Positions 45,427-54,035 of a stretch of 63,889 bases of DNA are shown here, piece after piece. The stretch is from IMG/VR virus record IMGVR_UViG_3300015245_000007, positions 1-63,889 of that record; one strand, given 5' to 3'. Under the pieces are notes generated by a model that worked only from the letters and a program-made list of their open reading frames with translations, had not been told where the DNA came from and did no database searches. Each line of letters opens with the position of its first letter. The stretch's first letter is position 1. Source of the stretch: a virus. A program made the position numbers and the translations under genes.

Positions 45427-45710
45427 AGACACTGCAAAAGCTGGTCGGCATGAAATACCACGGCACCGAACGCATCGTCGCATCAATGGCCGATGGCTAC
45501 ACTGTTGGCCTTATCCGCGAGCCCAAGAACGAGCACGATCGCCACGCAATCCAGGTGTGGGCGGACGAGCGCCTGCTCGGTTATCTCGCCAAGCCCGACA
45601 ATCGAAACCTCGCCATCGCGATGGATTTGCGCGCTGTCACCTCGATGATGGGGACGCTCCGCCCCAACACTCCCGAGCGCTGGCCAATGGTCGAGGTGGA
45701 AGAGCCATGA
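45423..45710 (+). CDS. HIRAN-domain protein
   Basis: VGMKYHG..VGLIREPKNEHDRHAIQVWADERLLGYL matches the HIRAN core; ATGA coupling. Confidence 0.6.
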   Translation: MKTLQKLVGMKYHGTERIVASMADGYTVGLIREPKNEHDRHAIQVWADERLLGYLAKPDNRNLAIAMDLRAVTSMMGTLRPNTPERWPMVEVEEP

Positions 45711-45958
45711 CACCTTTCCCCGATCGCGAGGTTGCGGTGCGCATGACGGGCCGCGAATGGACTGCGCTGCTCGGGCGCATCGTCGGCTCTACGCCGCACC
45801 CGGGTTATCTCAGCGCATTAGGCCGCGAGCAATTCAACATCGCTTCCGGCAAGCTGCAAGAGCAGCTTATGGCGGCAAGCAGTGCGTCACCCGGCGGCGA
45901 CGTCGTGCCGCTATTCGGCAGCAAGAGGAAATCAGGCCATGACGGCGAAAGTCGGTAA
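45707..45958 (+). CDS. hypothetical protein
   Basis: ATGA coupling; 83 aa. Confidence 0.45.
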   Translation: MTPFPDREVAVRMTGREWTALLGRIVGSTPHPGYLSALGREQFNIASGKLQEQLMAASSASPGGDVVPLFGSKRKSGHDGESR

Positions 45959-46358
45959 CTGGATTCGCATGAACGAAAGCGGCGCGATCGGCGAGGTGAT
46001 CGAGGCCTCGGCCAACAGCTGGAAGATCAAATATCAAACGACGCAGCACCCGACGTCGCAGGCGCCGAGGATCAATCACGAAACGACGCAATGGGTCGCG
46101 CTCGGCACCTTCAAGCTCATCGCCAATCCGAACGTGCTCGAGTTCGTTTGTTTCGTCCATCGCGACGACATTGCCGGCATCCCGGACATGGAATTTGTCG
46201 TTCAATGGGACGGCCCGCGCGTGCCGGATTTGATCATCACGCCGGAAGGCGTGCGCCTGGTCGCGCCGGCGGAATATCCCGGCGATCGCTATCTCTACAG
46301 GCCAGCCACGCTGGTCTGCGATCTGCGCGGCGCGGAAAAGTTCGGTGAGCCGTCATGA
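45939..46358 (+). CDS. hypothetical protein
   Basis: ATG 45939 behind AGGAAA; 139 aa. Confidence 0.5.
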   Translation: MTAKVGNWIRMNESGAIGEVIEASANSWKIKYQTTQHPTSQAPRINHETTQWVALGTFKLIANPNVLEFVCFVHRDDIAGIPDMEFVVQWDGPRVPDLIITPEGVRLVAPAEYPGDRYLYRPATLVCDLRGAEKFGEPS

Positions 46359-46693
46359 CGGCCGGCGATCAGCGTTATGTCGCGCGGCGCGGCTCGGCCA
46401 TCGTCCAGGTGGTTTGGGCCGGCGGGATGCGCGATCTCAATCCGCGCCTGGACCTGGCGCGCCATTCGCCCACGGGATTCGGATGGGGCTATGAGGGGAG
46501 CGGGCCGGCGCAACTCGCGCTCGCGATGCTGGCCGATGCCCTCGGCGACGACGAGCGCGCCCGCAAGCTCTATCAACTCTACAAAAGCGAGCGCATCGCC
46601 AAATTGAACGGCCAGGTCGGGTTCCTTATCGCGGCCTCGACCGTCCGCCTCGATGCCGCGATCATCGAGTCTCGAATGGCCGGCAAGGATTGA
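46355..46693 (+). CDS. DUF6166-like protein
   Basis: HSPTGFGWGYEGSGPAQLALAML signature; ATGA coupling. Confidence 0.55.
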   Translation: MTAGDQRYVARRGSAIVQVVWAGGMRDLNPRLDLARHSPTGFGWGYEGSGPAQLALAMLADALGDDERARKLYQLYKSERIAKLNGQVGFLIAASTVRLDAAIIESRMAGKD

Positions 46694-46748
46694 CCCTCGG
46701 CCGCCACAGCCCGCCACAGCGATTATTTCACGACCGGAGCACCGTCCT

Positions 46749-47135
46749 ATGTCCGACGAAACAGCGCGCCCCACGGCCACCAAAACCAGGCAATTCCCCG
46801 TCGACGTTTTGACGCCAGGCGCCAAGCGCCGGCGCCTCGAGCTCACGATGGCGCCGGTACCGGCCTATGCGGAGCTCGCCGCCAAGGTCGCGCCGCTCAT
46901 TGGCGGCTCAATCGAGCACGTGCGCATATGGGACAAGCACCAGGAAATTTACGCCTCGATGTTCGTCGACGAGCAATCGATTTCCAAGGGTCTGCCGCGC
47001 AACGAGGCCGCGACCAAGATTTACCGCGCGAACATGATCGCGCACTCGAAAGACCCCCGCGCCAAGCTCGACCCCGAGCGCCTGCCCGCCATCTATGGCG
47101 CAGCCGTCGTTTTCAAATGCAATGTCTGGCGTTGA
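46749..47135 (+). CDS. hypothetical protein
   Basis: ATG 46749 with GGAG upstream; 128 aa. Confidence 0.5.
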   Translation: MSDETARPTATKTRQFPVDVLTPGAKRRRLELTMAPVPAYAELAAKVAPLIGGSIEHVRIWDKHQEIYASMFVDEQSISKGLPRNEAATKIYRANMIAHSKDPRAKLDPERLPAIYGAAVVFKCNVWR

Positions 47136-47184
47136 CGTTTCCGCAATCGCCGAATATCTTCGGTACATCACAGAGAGGTGCACC

Positions 47185-47580
47185 ATGGGACGCAGGCCGA
47201 GCCTGACAGACGAACAGAAAGATCTGATCGCGGAATTGCGCGAGGGCCGCGGGTGGTCCTACGCGCGGATCGCCATCAAGCTCAAGATCGCCGAAGGTTC
47301 GGTCTCTTGGTATTGCTTGAAGCAAGGCATCGAGAAGCCAGGCCGCAAAATTCCGGTCCTGCGGCAACCGCAAACAAAGCCCTTCACCCGGCACGGCCGA
47401 ACGGTGCGGCCATTCTCGCCGGAAGAGGACGCGAAGATGCTCGAGCTCTCCGCCGAGGGTCTCAAGCCAGCGGCGATCGCGCGCGCGCTCGGCAATCGCC
47501 GACCGAACAGCATCACCGGCCGGCTCTACACGCTGGCGCGACACCAGGACCGCGCGGATGCATCCCAGGGAATAGGATGA
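47185..47580 (+). CDS. DNA-binding protein: Hin-like HTH + GcrA-like segment
   Basis: GWSYARIAIKLKIAEGSV HTH; FSPEEDAKMLELSAEGLKPAAIARALGNRRPNSITGRLYTL resembles the GcrA N-domain; AGAGAGG SD. Confidence 0.5.
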   Translation: MGRRPSLTDEQKDLIAELREGRGWSYARIAIKLKIAEGSVSWYCLKQGIEKPGRKIPVLRQPQTKPFTRHGRTVRPFSPEEDAKMLELSAEGLKPAAIARALGNRRPNSITGRLYTLARHQDRADASQGIG

Positions 47581-47777
47581 CCACCGCGGGCGGACCATAT
47601 CTGCAGTACCGCATTCGCGCCCTCGAAAATGAGGCGCGCGAGCGCGAGGTTCACGCCAATGCATTAGAGGCCGACGCTCTTGCCGAACGACAAGGCGCGC
47701 AGCGATGCCGAAAAACGGCAGAGTATCTCAAAAGCTACGCGGTGCCCGCGGGGAGGATGACCGATGCCAAACAATAA
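47577..47777 (+). CDS. hypothetical coiled-coil protein
   Basis: ATGA coupling; 66 aa. Confidence 0.45.
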   Translation: MTTAGGPYLQYRIRALENEAREREVHANALEADALAERQGAQRCRKTAEYLKSYAVPAGRMTDAKQ

Positions 47778-47964
47778 GACCGCCAGACACCGCCGCTACG
47801 AACGCGCGATCGTCGCAATGTGGAAAGCGCACCAGGCGCTCGGCGAGATCATGGAGCTTCAAGCACCGGGCGACGACAGCCGAACTGTGCTGCGAAACCA
47901 GATCGGCGAATATGCCGGCTATCTCGAAACCGCGACGTGGTGGCGCGACAAGGAATCCGCTTGA
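47764..47964 (+). CDS. hypothetical protein
   Basis: 66 aa, 14-nt overlap upstream. Confidence 0.45.
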   Translation: MPNNKTARHRRYERAIVAMWKAHQALGEIMELQAPGDDSRTVLRNQIGEYAGYLETATWWRDKESA

Positions 47965-48350
47965 TGGCCGCGTTCGGATGCAAGGTTCGTTTCGTCCCGC
48001 CCTACATCGCCGGCAGGAAGGGCGGTACTATTCGTGCGCACCGCAAAGACGGCCGAGACCACGCGCAACTCGGCGGCGAGATACACCTCTACACCGGCTT
48101 GCGCACGCCGCGCGCCTATCTCTTCGGCCGAGAGACATGTGTCGATTACTTGCCGATACGTCTCGCCTTTAAACGCCGGCCTCTTGTGGCCTGGCCAAAG
48201 CGCACCATCATCGCGCGCGCGGATCTCGATCGCTTCGCCGTGTTCGACGGCTTTGAGAACTTCGACGACATGGAAGCCTTTTGGCAGGCGACGCACCGCG
48301 TTGAAGAGTTCAACGGCGGTTGGATTTTGTGGAAGGATAAGCCGCTATGA
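47964..48350 (+). CDS. hypothetical protein, tentatively ASCH/PUA-like
   Basis: TGATG coupling; GGTIRAH..GGEIHLYTGLRT..CVDYLPIRL loosely ASCH-like. Confidence 0.35.
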   Translation: MAAFGCKVRFVPPYIAGRKGGTIRAHRKDGRDHAQLGGEIHLYTGLRTPRAYLFGRETCVDYLPIRLAFKRRPLVAWPKRTIIARADLDRFAVFDGFENFDDMEAFWQATHRVEEFNGGWILWKDKPL

Positions 48351-48586
48351 AAATCGAACTCGAGCCGACCGGCACATTCGAGACCGTGAGCCAGGCGAGC
48401 GGTCGCGTGCAATGCCGCATCTGGCGCGGCACATACAACGGCGCGCGGGTCATCGCCTATATCCCGTGCGTCGGTCTCCACAAAGACGCTTCGCCGGAAG
48501 AGCAGGCGCAATGGGAGAAAGAGCTGCGCCTGGTGAAGGCCGATCGGGAGCTCGTCTCGTTCGATATGAGAATGGTGCTCGACTGA
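48347..48586 (+). CDS. hypothetical protein
   Basis: ATGA coupling; 79 aa. Confidence 0.5.
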   Translation: MKIELEPTGTFETVSQASGRVQCRIWRGTYNGARVIAYIPCVGLHKDASPEEQAQWEKELRLVKADRELVSFDMRMVLD

Positions 48587-48807
48587 TGACCGGCCTCTTG
48601 CTCTGGCTCATCATTGGCGAGCTCATCACCATCAGCGTGACCCGCGTGGTCAACTTCGCCGACGTCGCGCGCTTCACCAACCAGAAGGCGCTCGCCATCT
48701 ACGGCCGCCGCATGCCGCCGTTCGTGCCGTATATTTGGGCCGCTCTGATCGTTGTGCTATGGCCGGTTTTCTTGATTATGGCGGCGGTCTATATACTTCG
48801 GAAGTGA
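48586..48807 (+). CDS. two-TM small membrane protein
   Basis: TGATG coupling; LLLWLIIGELITISV and IWAALIVVLWPVFLIMAAVYIL. Confidence 0.5.
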   Translation: MTGLLLWLIIGELITISVTRVVNFADVARFTNQKALAIYGRRMPPFVPYIWAALIVVLWPVFLIMAAVYILRK

Positions 48808-48811
48808 CGCC

Positions 48812-49060
48812 ATGTCGGACAACAGCCGCATTCGCTTGGACGATCTATTCGAAGGTCTCGACGACGAAGAGATTGTCGGCGTCGCGCTGATCGCTAAGAG
48901 CGGCAAGGTGCGCGTTTGGGCTTCCGACCAAATCGTTCAAGACGCAAGCTATGCCTGGCTCGGGCGCCAGATCGAGGCGTGCGGCAAGGTCGCCGAGGGC
49001 ATGGGCCAAGAGGAAACGCCGCCCAACTTCGGCGAGGCCACGCCGAGAACGAGGCACTGA
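48812..49060 (+). CDS. hypothetical protein
   Basis: 82 aa ORF. Confidence 0.45.
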   Translation: MSDNSRIRLDDLFEGLDDEEIVGVALIAKSGKVRVWASDQIVQDASYAWLGRQIEACGKVAEGMGQEETPPNFGEATPRTRH

Positions 49061-49233
49061 TGGCGATCGCCGCCGACAACTTCAATCGCTTGCGCCAGCT
49101 CGTCATCGATTGGCGCAACGCGATGGACGATCGCATAGGCTCGCGCAAGGAAGAGCTCGAAACTGATCAAGAGCGCGAAGAGTACCTCGCGATCATCGCC
49201 GAGCTTGAAAACTTCTGGGAGCGCCGGCGATGA
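49060..49233 (+). CDS. hypothetical small protein
   Basis: TGATG coupling; 57 aa. Confidence 0.4.
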   Translation: MAIAADNFNRLRQLVIDWRNAMDDRIGSRKEELETDQEREEYLAIIAELENFWERRR

Positions 49234-49406
49234 ACTGGACACAAGACGATCAAGACGAAGCGGTTCGCGCGCGCCGAGAGATCGCCGCAGAATATCAAAG
49301 GGCTCGACGACGCGGGCCGCGCTGGGCCGCCTGGCTCCTCGATAAATGCGTTAGCGTCGCCCTATGGGCCGAGCGCGAAGGCAAGCGACTACTGCGGGGC
49401 GGATGA
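49230..49406 (+). CDS. hypothetical small protein
   Basis: ATGA coupling both ends; 58 aa (below the ORF-track cutoff, read directly from sequence). Confidence 0.4.
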   Translation: MNWTQDDQDEAVRARREIAAEYQRARRRGPRWAAWLLDKCVSVALWAEREGKRLLRGG

Positions 49407-49558
49407 AGATGATCACGCGCGAGGACATACCGGCGATTTGGCACAAGCTGCCGGCGGAGCTCAAGCGGCGATGGTGGGGCGAAACAGACTACGGCCGACT
49501 CGAGCCGTCGTCCGAGCTGCTCGATGCGATCGCGGCGGCCGCGGGACTCGCCACATGA
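49403..49558 (+). CDS. hypothetical small protein
   Basis: ATGA coupling; 51 aa. Confidence 0.4.
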   Translation: MKMITREDIPAIWHKLPAELKRRWWGETDYGRLEPSSELLDAIAAAAGLAT

Positions 49559-49842
49559 GACGAGAGAACCGCGGCGGCCGGATGATCCACGGTTATCAAT
49601 ATCACCTCAACCAAAAGCTCGCGGCGTCGCACGTCGAGAACGAACGCGGCTGGCGAATCCCGAACACCGTCGAGGAAGGCTTTGAAGCCCTGAACCTCTC
49701 GCTGTGGTGGCTGCATTATCGCGTGCTCTGGTTTCACCTCGGCGTGCTGTCCTCGACCGCGCGCGATCGCGAAGAGGCCTGGCATAACGCGCGGATTTAT
49801 CTCAATCGAGCGCGGCAGTGTCCTCGGCCGCGGCTTCCATGA
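49555..49842 (+). CDS. hypothetical protein
   Basis: ATGA coupling; 95 aa; last gene before a hairpin. Confidence 0.45.
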   Translation: MRRENRGGRMIHGYQYHLNQKLAASHVENERGWRIPNTVEEGFEALNLSLWWLHYRVLWFHLGVLSSTARDREEAWHNARIYLNRARQCPRPRLP

Positions 49843-49848
49843 AACGGC

Positions 49849-49883
49849 AAACCCCGCGGCCCTTCGTCGGCGCCGCGGGGTTT
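49849..49883 (+). terminator. intrinsic-terminator-like hairpin
   Basis: AAACCCCGCGGC (49849-49860) / GCCGCGGGGTTT (49872-49883), perfect 12-bp stem, 11-nt loop. Confidence 0.45.
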
Positions 49884-49964
49884 CCAGGCTTTTGGGTCCT
49901 ATAGGAACGCCCCGGTGCTGATCAGGCAGGCGACGTCCGCAACCCATTTCACTGGGGGGTGTTT

Positions 49965-50213
49965 ATGAAACGCAAGATAGACCAGCGCACGCCGGCGTCA
50001 AGCCGCATTGCGTGCGAAGTGCCGTTCTGCCGGCACGGCACCAGGCGCTATCCGGCCGGCTCGAGGTGGGTCTGTGCTGATCATTGGCGGCTGACGAGCA
50101 AGAGCTGGCGCCGGCGGCTGCGGCTCTTTCGCAAGCGGCGTCGATATGATCTCGCCGGCATCATGTGGGACCGCTTGCGCGACCAGGCTATCGAGCGCGC
50201 CGGCGGCCTCTGA
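49965..50213 (+). CDS. hypothetical basic Cys/His-containing protein
   Basis: ATG 49965 behind GGGGGG; CEVPFCRH..CADH. Confidence 0.45.
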   Translation: MKRKIDQRTPASSRIACEVPFCRHGTRRYPAGSRWVCADHWRLTSKSWRRRLRLFRKRRRYDLAGIMWDRLRDQAIERAGGL

Positions 50214-50222
50214 AACGAAGAA

Positions 50223-50245
50223 CGCCGCCCCGATCGGAGGCGGCG
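50223..50245 (-). terminator. hairpin between convergent genes (bidirectional terminator candidate)
   Basis: CGCCGCC / GGCGGCG stems around a CCGATCGG core; on the minus strand followed by TTCTTCGTTTC. Confidence 0.5.
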
Positions 50246-50294
50246 CCTTGGCCCGCGGGCCTTCATTGTCGGCGCGATGCCGACGTGGAACGTT

Positions 50295-50648
50295 TTAGGG
50301 CGACGGGGTCGCGGCGGCGACCGGAGCGACTACCGGGGGAATCAATGCGCCGAGAGCGTCAGCCTGGGCATTGATATTCTTCACCGCACCGGCGAGGGCT
50401 TCGTCGTCTTCGGCTTCATGCGCGTCGACAATCGCCTGTGCGGATGTCTTGATACTGGCGGCAACAGCGCTGACCTGGGTGGTGAGGTTCGCGATCGCGG
50501 CGGCGATTGCGTCGAGTTCGGCTTTCGTGGCCATGGAGTGCTCCAATCGTCTGAGGGTTGAGAGGACGGCTTGTGACGTCGTGTGATCATAGTTCGATTG
50601 CGGGGCCGCCTGTTGCTGCCGCGCTATGACGTGATCCCACCACCCCAT
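50295..50648 (-). CDS. hypothetical Ala-rich helical protein
   Basis: ATG 50648 with AGAGGA SD; internal ATG 50534 also has GGAG. Confidence 0.5.
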   Translation of the reverse strand: MGWWDHVIARQQQAAPQSNYDHTTSQAVLSTLRRLEHSMATKAELDAIAAAIANLTTQVSAVAASIKTSAQAIVDAHEAEDDEALAGAVKNINAQADALGALIPPVVAPVAAATPSP

Positions 50649-50699
50649 TGTTCGTGTCCTCTGGTTGCGGCGAGACCATAGGCTGCCGACGATTTCCGG

Positions 50700-51359
50700 T
50701 CAAGCCGCCGCGGCCTTCACTTTGTAGGGGAGCCCGCGAAACACGACACCGATATAGGCGACGGCCATTCCGGTCTTGCCGTGCGCCTCCCAGCGCTCGA
50801 GCACCTCGCAGCGCATGCGCTCGGCCAGGCCGGCGATCGTGCGATTCGTGAGCTGGTCGCGCCAGCGGTTGAGCCCGGTGAAGCGCGGATTGAGCTGCGC
50901 GAGCTCTTGCACCGCGCCTGGCACGTTGTTCGCCTTGTACGACAGACCAGCGCCATCGGTGAACGCGAATCCGATCAGCTCGGCCGGCGCGACCGGCCGG
51001 CGGTCGGCAATGATGACCGCTTGCTCCCAGGGGATCCCGTAGGCGTCGAGATCAAACACGTTATAGGCGCGAAGGTCGATCGACCGGAGCACGCGGCGAT
51101 TGTCCGCGACATACATCAGCCGGCGGCGATCGCGAATGTACTTCTGATCGCAGCCGCAATAGGCCTCGGCCCTCGACCAGGCGCCCGCGAACATCTGGCC
51201 GCTGCCGGCGAACGCATCGAACACGTGCCGCGGCTTCGGCATCGCCTCGAGCACCTGATTGCGGATTTGGAGCTTGGCCTTTTCCGCCGCCGGATTGTTG
51301 TCGACCTTCTTTGCGCTATCGCGGCCGACGCCGAGCTTGTTGATGCGCTTGCGCTTCAC
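50700..51359 (-). CDS. SAM-dependent methyltransferase-like protein (Trm1/TcmP-like motifs)
   Basis: DAFAGSG (motif I) and FDLDAYG (DxDPxG-like); GTG 51359 in GTGA overlap. Confidence 0.5.
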   Translation of the reverse strand: MKRKRINKLGVGRDSAKKVDNNPAAEKAKLQIRNQVLEAMPKPRHVFDAFAGSGQMFAGAWSRAEAYCGCDQKYIRDRRRLMYVADNRRVLRSIDLRAYNVFDLDAYGIPWEQAVIIADRRPVAPAELIGFAFTDGAGLSYKANNVPGAVQELAQLNPRFTGLNRWRDQLTNRTIAGLAERMRCEVLERWEAHGKTGMAVAYIGVVFRGLPYKVKAAAA

Positions 51360-51586
51360 GGCTTGCCTTCCTCGAGAATGAGCACTGCCGGCGAGAACGA
51401 CGCTTCTTGCGCGTGCTGCTCGGTGTCGAACCATTCCACGAACAGCACCGCGCTATCGGGATCATCTTCCAACGTACCATGGTCGACCACGACCATCACC
51501 GGGCCGCCGCTCTTCAGCCGAACGAGTGCGCCGATCGGCGTGTCGGCCTTCGCGATCCTCGTAATTCCGGCAGTTACTTTCGCCAT
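51356..51586 (-). CDS. YodC/DUF2158-like small protein
   Basis: GALVRLKSGGPVMVV signature; GGAGGGGA SD. Confidence 0.55.
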   Translation of the reverse strand: MAKVTAGITRIAKADTPIGALVRLKSGGPVMVVVDHGTLEDDPDSAVLFVEWFDTEQHAQEASFSPAVLILEEGKP

Positions 51587-51590
51587 GTCG

Positions 51591-51875
51591 TCAACTCCCC
51601 TCCATGATGATTTTCGGTTTCTCGCCATAGCGCGGCGCAAGCAATGCAGGCGCCAGCGGAGCGCGGAGCGTGGTGCCATAGGCGCCGATCCACGGTTGGT
51701 CCGGATTGCCCTCGGTGCACTCGATGCCCTTGAAGCCAAATTCAACGCCGCAGTCGCGGCACCAGACGCGCACGACGAACATAAACTCGACGCGATCGGT
51801 CATCGGCACCAGCAAGCGCGCCACCTGGTTCTGCACCTGAAACCGTTCGTGCTTGCAGCTATTCGGTATCGACAT
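51591..51875 (-). CDS. hypothetical Cys-containing protein
   Basis: 94 aa; C7, CRDC, C53. Confidence 0.45.
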   Translation of the reverse strand: MSIPNSCKHERFQVQNQVARLLVPMTDRVEFMFVVRVWCRDCGVEFGFKGIECTEGNPDQPWIGAYGTTLRAPLAPALLAPRYGEKPKIIMEGS

Positions 51876-52440
51876 TGATCGTTCCTAGCTCCACTTCGAC
51901 GCCGGGAAATTCCGCCATCAGCACCTCGAGGCGGTTGAGCGCCGCGGCCTGGTGCTGCAGGGGACCGCGCACGGCGATCCAGAACACGTCATCGACCGAC
52001 GACGTCGCGACGCGCTTCACCTCGAGCGGATCCCCGTCATCACGCATGGACTCGAGCTCGTCCGCATCAAAGCCGGCGGCGCCGAGCAGCTCGTCATCAC
52101 CGATGGAGTCGACCACCTGGCGCAGCGTGGCGGCGTTCCAGTGCGAGTCCTCGGGCAGCTTGTTGAGCGCCAGGCCGAGCGCCGAGTACAGCGCCGGCGT
52201 CAGGCCCTCGACGACGATGCACATTTCGTTTGTTCGGCCGAGACGCAGCAGCGCCTGCAGCGTCGCGTGGCCGCCGATGATCTGGCCGTCGGGCTGTACG
52301 ATGATCCAGTCGACATATCCGAATGTATCTATTGACTCGGCAATGTTCGCGATCTGCGCGTCGCCGTGCTCACGCGCATTGCGCGGATCATTCTTGAGCG
52401 CGGCGAGATCGAACGCGCGATTAGTAACAGTTGCGGCCAT
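51859..52440 (-). CDS. ParB-like nuclease (ParB N-terminal/Srx) domain protein
   Basis: LKNDPRNAREH..IVQPDGQIIGGHATLQAL; 193 aa. Confidence 0.6.
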   Translation of the reverse strand: MAATVTNRAFDLAALKNDPRNAREHGDAQIANIAESIDTFGYVDWIIVQPDGQIIGGHATLQALLRLGRTNEMCIVVEGLTPALYSALGLALNKLPEDSHWNAATLRQVVDSIGDDELLGAAGFDADELESMRDDGDPLEVKRVATSSVDDVFWIAVRGPLQHQAAALNRLEVLMAEFPGVEVELGTINVDTE

Positions 52441-52648
52441 CGGCTTTCTTTCTCGCGAAGTGATCATGCAGGACAATCATGCCGCCGGCATAGACGCCAG
52501 GTCCGGTACGCAACACCGCCGCCATCTCATACTTTGCCCATGCATGCAGAATGCCGGTGGGCGATTCCCAGACGATCCACTCTTTGCGCGATTGGTCTTT
52601 GCGCAGCATGAACCCGAAGGTGCTCGGGTGCCCGACGTTGCCGCTCAT
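52421..52648 (-). CDS. hypothetical protein
   Basis: 75 aa; ATGA coupling upstream. Confidence 0.4.
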   Translation of the reverse strand: MSGNVGHPSTFGFMLRKDQSRKEWIVWESPTGILHAWAKYEMAAVLRTGPGVYAGGMIVLHDHFARKKADGRNCY

Positions 52649-52980
52649 GTGCCGACCTTTGTGCCGTCATCGCACCAGGTAAAATTGCCGGCGGCGCCGA
52701 TCGAGAAATAGCTGCGGCAGGTACAGCAGAACGTCGAGGTGTAGTAGCTCGGATCGCGCGCCATGGTCTCGGCGCATTGTACGGGCGCCGTCGTGACACC
52801 GCCGCATATGCTGTGGAGATAGTCGCGGCGGACCGGCCGCTTCGTCGGCGTCGTCATCAGCTCGGTGGGGCACATCGCCCAATGATCGGCGTGCTGACCG
52901 TCGGCCAGGCGCTCCGCGGTCGGCGCCGGCGAGCTCGCCGGCATGGTTGGCTCTTCGCCCTTGACGGTGCACCTGGTCAT
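52645..52980 (-). CDS. hypothetical Cys-rich protein
   Basis: ATG 52980 (TAATG junction); 111 aa. Confidence 0.45.
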   Translation of the reverse strand: MTRCTVKGEEPTMPASSPAPTAERLADGQHADHWAMCPTELMTTPTKRPVRRDYLHSICGGVTTAPVQCAETMARDPSYYTSTFCCTCRSYFSIGAAGNFTWCDDGTKVGT

Positions 52981-53183
52981 TAGCCGTCCGCCATGATGGT
53001 CTGCGCTTTGATGCACGCCTGGCGCATAGCCTCGATCGCCGCGACACCGCCGAAGCTATTATCAATGCCGGCGCGGACATTGGTGGCCAGCGCCAGCATG
53101 TCGAGCCGGTCACTATGCTTTTCGAGCTCGAGCGCGAACAGCTCGCGCAGCTCGGTGTCACTCAGAATGCATCTCAACGTCAT
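52980..53183 (-). CDS. hypothetical small protein
   Basis: ATG 53183 with GGGAGA SD; 67 aa. Confidence 0.45.
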   Translation of the reverse strand: MTLRCILSDTELRELFALELEKHSDRLDMLALATNVRAGIDNSFGGVAAIEAMRQACIKAQTIMADG

Positions 53184-53601
53184 GGCTGCGTTTCTCCCTG
53201 AGCTTGGCGCGGATCCAGCCCGCGCATATTGGCGCATTGGTGATGCGCTTGCCATCGTCCGTCACGTGCGATTCGAATAGCGCATTGCCGGTCGCGCAGG
53301 CCTCGCGCGCGTCGAATGGCAGGCGCTTGTGGCAATAGAACAGGCCGTCGCCCTCGACCGTGTTGCGGATGATCTGCCAGAACCGCCCGTCGACCTGTTC
53401 GGGCGAACCCGCCATGAAGGCGCAATTGGTGCAGGGCTCGAGCGCCGGTACCAGACGCGTCTCACGTTCCCATGCCTTGCCGCAACTCACGCACCCGTCG
53501 ATCATCACCACGCCGTTGTGTGCTTCGGCTGCAGACACCGCGCGGACGTCGCCGCCGCCGCAGGCGGGGCACGTGTCGCCGGCGATCGCGAGCAACGTCA
53601 T
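53158..53601 (-). CDS. hypothetical multi-CxxC zinc-finger protein
   Basis: CPACG, CVSCG, CTNC, ..FYCHKR..; 147 aa. Confidence 0.5.
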   Translation of the reverse strand: MTLLAIAGDTCPACGGGDVRAVSAAEAHNGVVMIDGCVSCGKAWERETRLVPALEPCTNCAFMAGSPEQVDGRFWQIIRNTVEGDGLFYCHKRLPFDAREACATGNALFESHVTDDGKRITNAPICAGWIRAKLREKRSHDVEMHSE

Positions 53602-54035
53602 TCTGCACCTGGTGCGGTGTAGAGCTCGGCGCGCACCGCGGCGTCTTTCGCCTCGAGCAGCTTGCGCAGCGCGACGGTGCGCTCAGGATTGCGCGGAAGA
53701 TCCCGCACGATCTTATGCGCCATCTCGCCGAACGGCCTTGACACGCGCGCCAGGCGCTCAGGCAAATGCGAATAGGCGAAGAACTGCAAAATCGGTTCGT
53801 GGTCGGGATGTGGCATCGTCGACTCCGGTTTAATGTTGATGGGGTCTCGCAGAGTTAAGCACGCGCACACGCCGCGCTGACCGCAGCGCGGACATACGCC
53901 GGCAACGATTTTATCGAACGCCACACGCCACGGACATTCGAGGCAGCGCGTCTTGTCGGTCGGATAATCGATCGGCGGGCAATCGTCACAAAGGCCGCCT
54001 GGAAGCTCGAGGCCGTCAAGGCGATGTATCATCAT
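53598..54035 (-). CDS. Cys-rich N-domain fused to a conserved helical phage domain (..ALRKLLEAKDAAVRA)
   Basis: CDDC..CLEC..CPRCG..CAC N-terminus; C-terminus FFAYSHLPERLARVSRPFGEMAHKIV..RTVALRKLLEAKDAAVRA. Confidence 0.5.
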   Translation of the reverse strand: MMIHRLDGLELPGGLCDDCPPIDYPTDKTRCLECPWRVAFDKIVAGVCPRCGQRGVCACLTLRDPINIKPESTMPHPDHEPILQFFAYSHLPERLARVSRPFGEMAHKIVRDLPRNPERTVALRKLLEAKDAAVRAELYTAPGAE

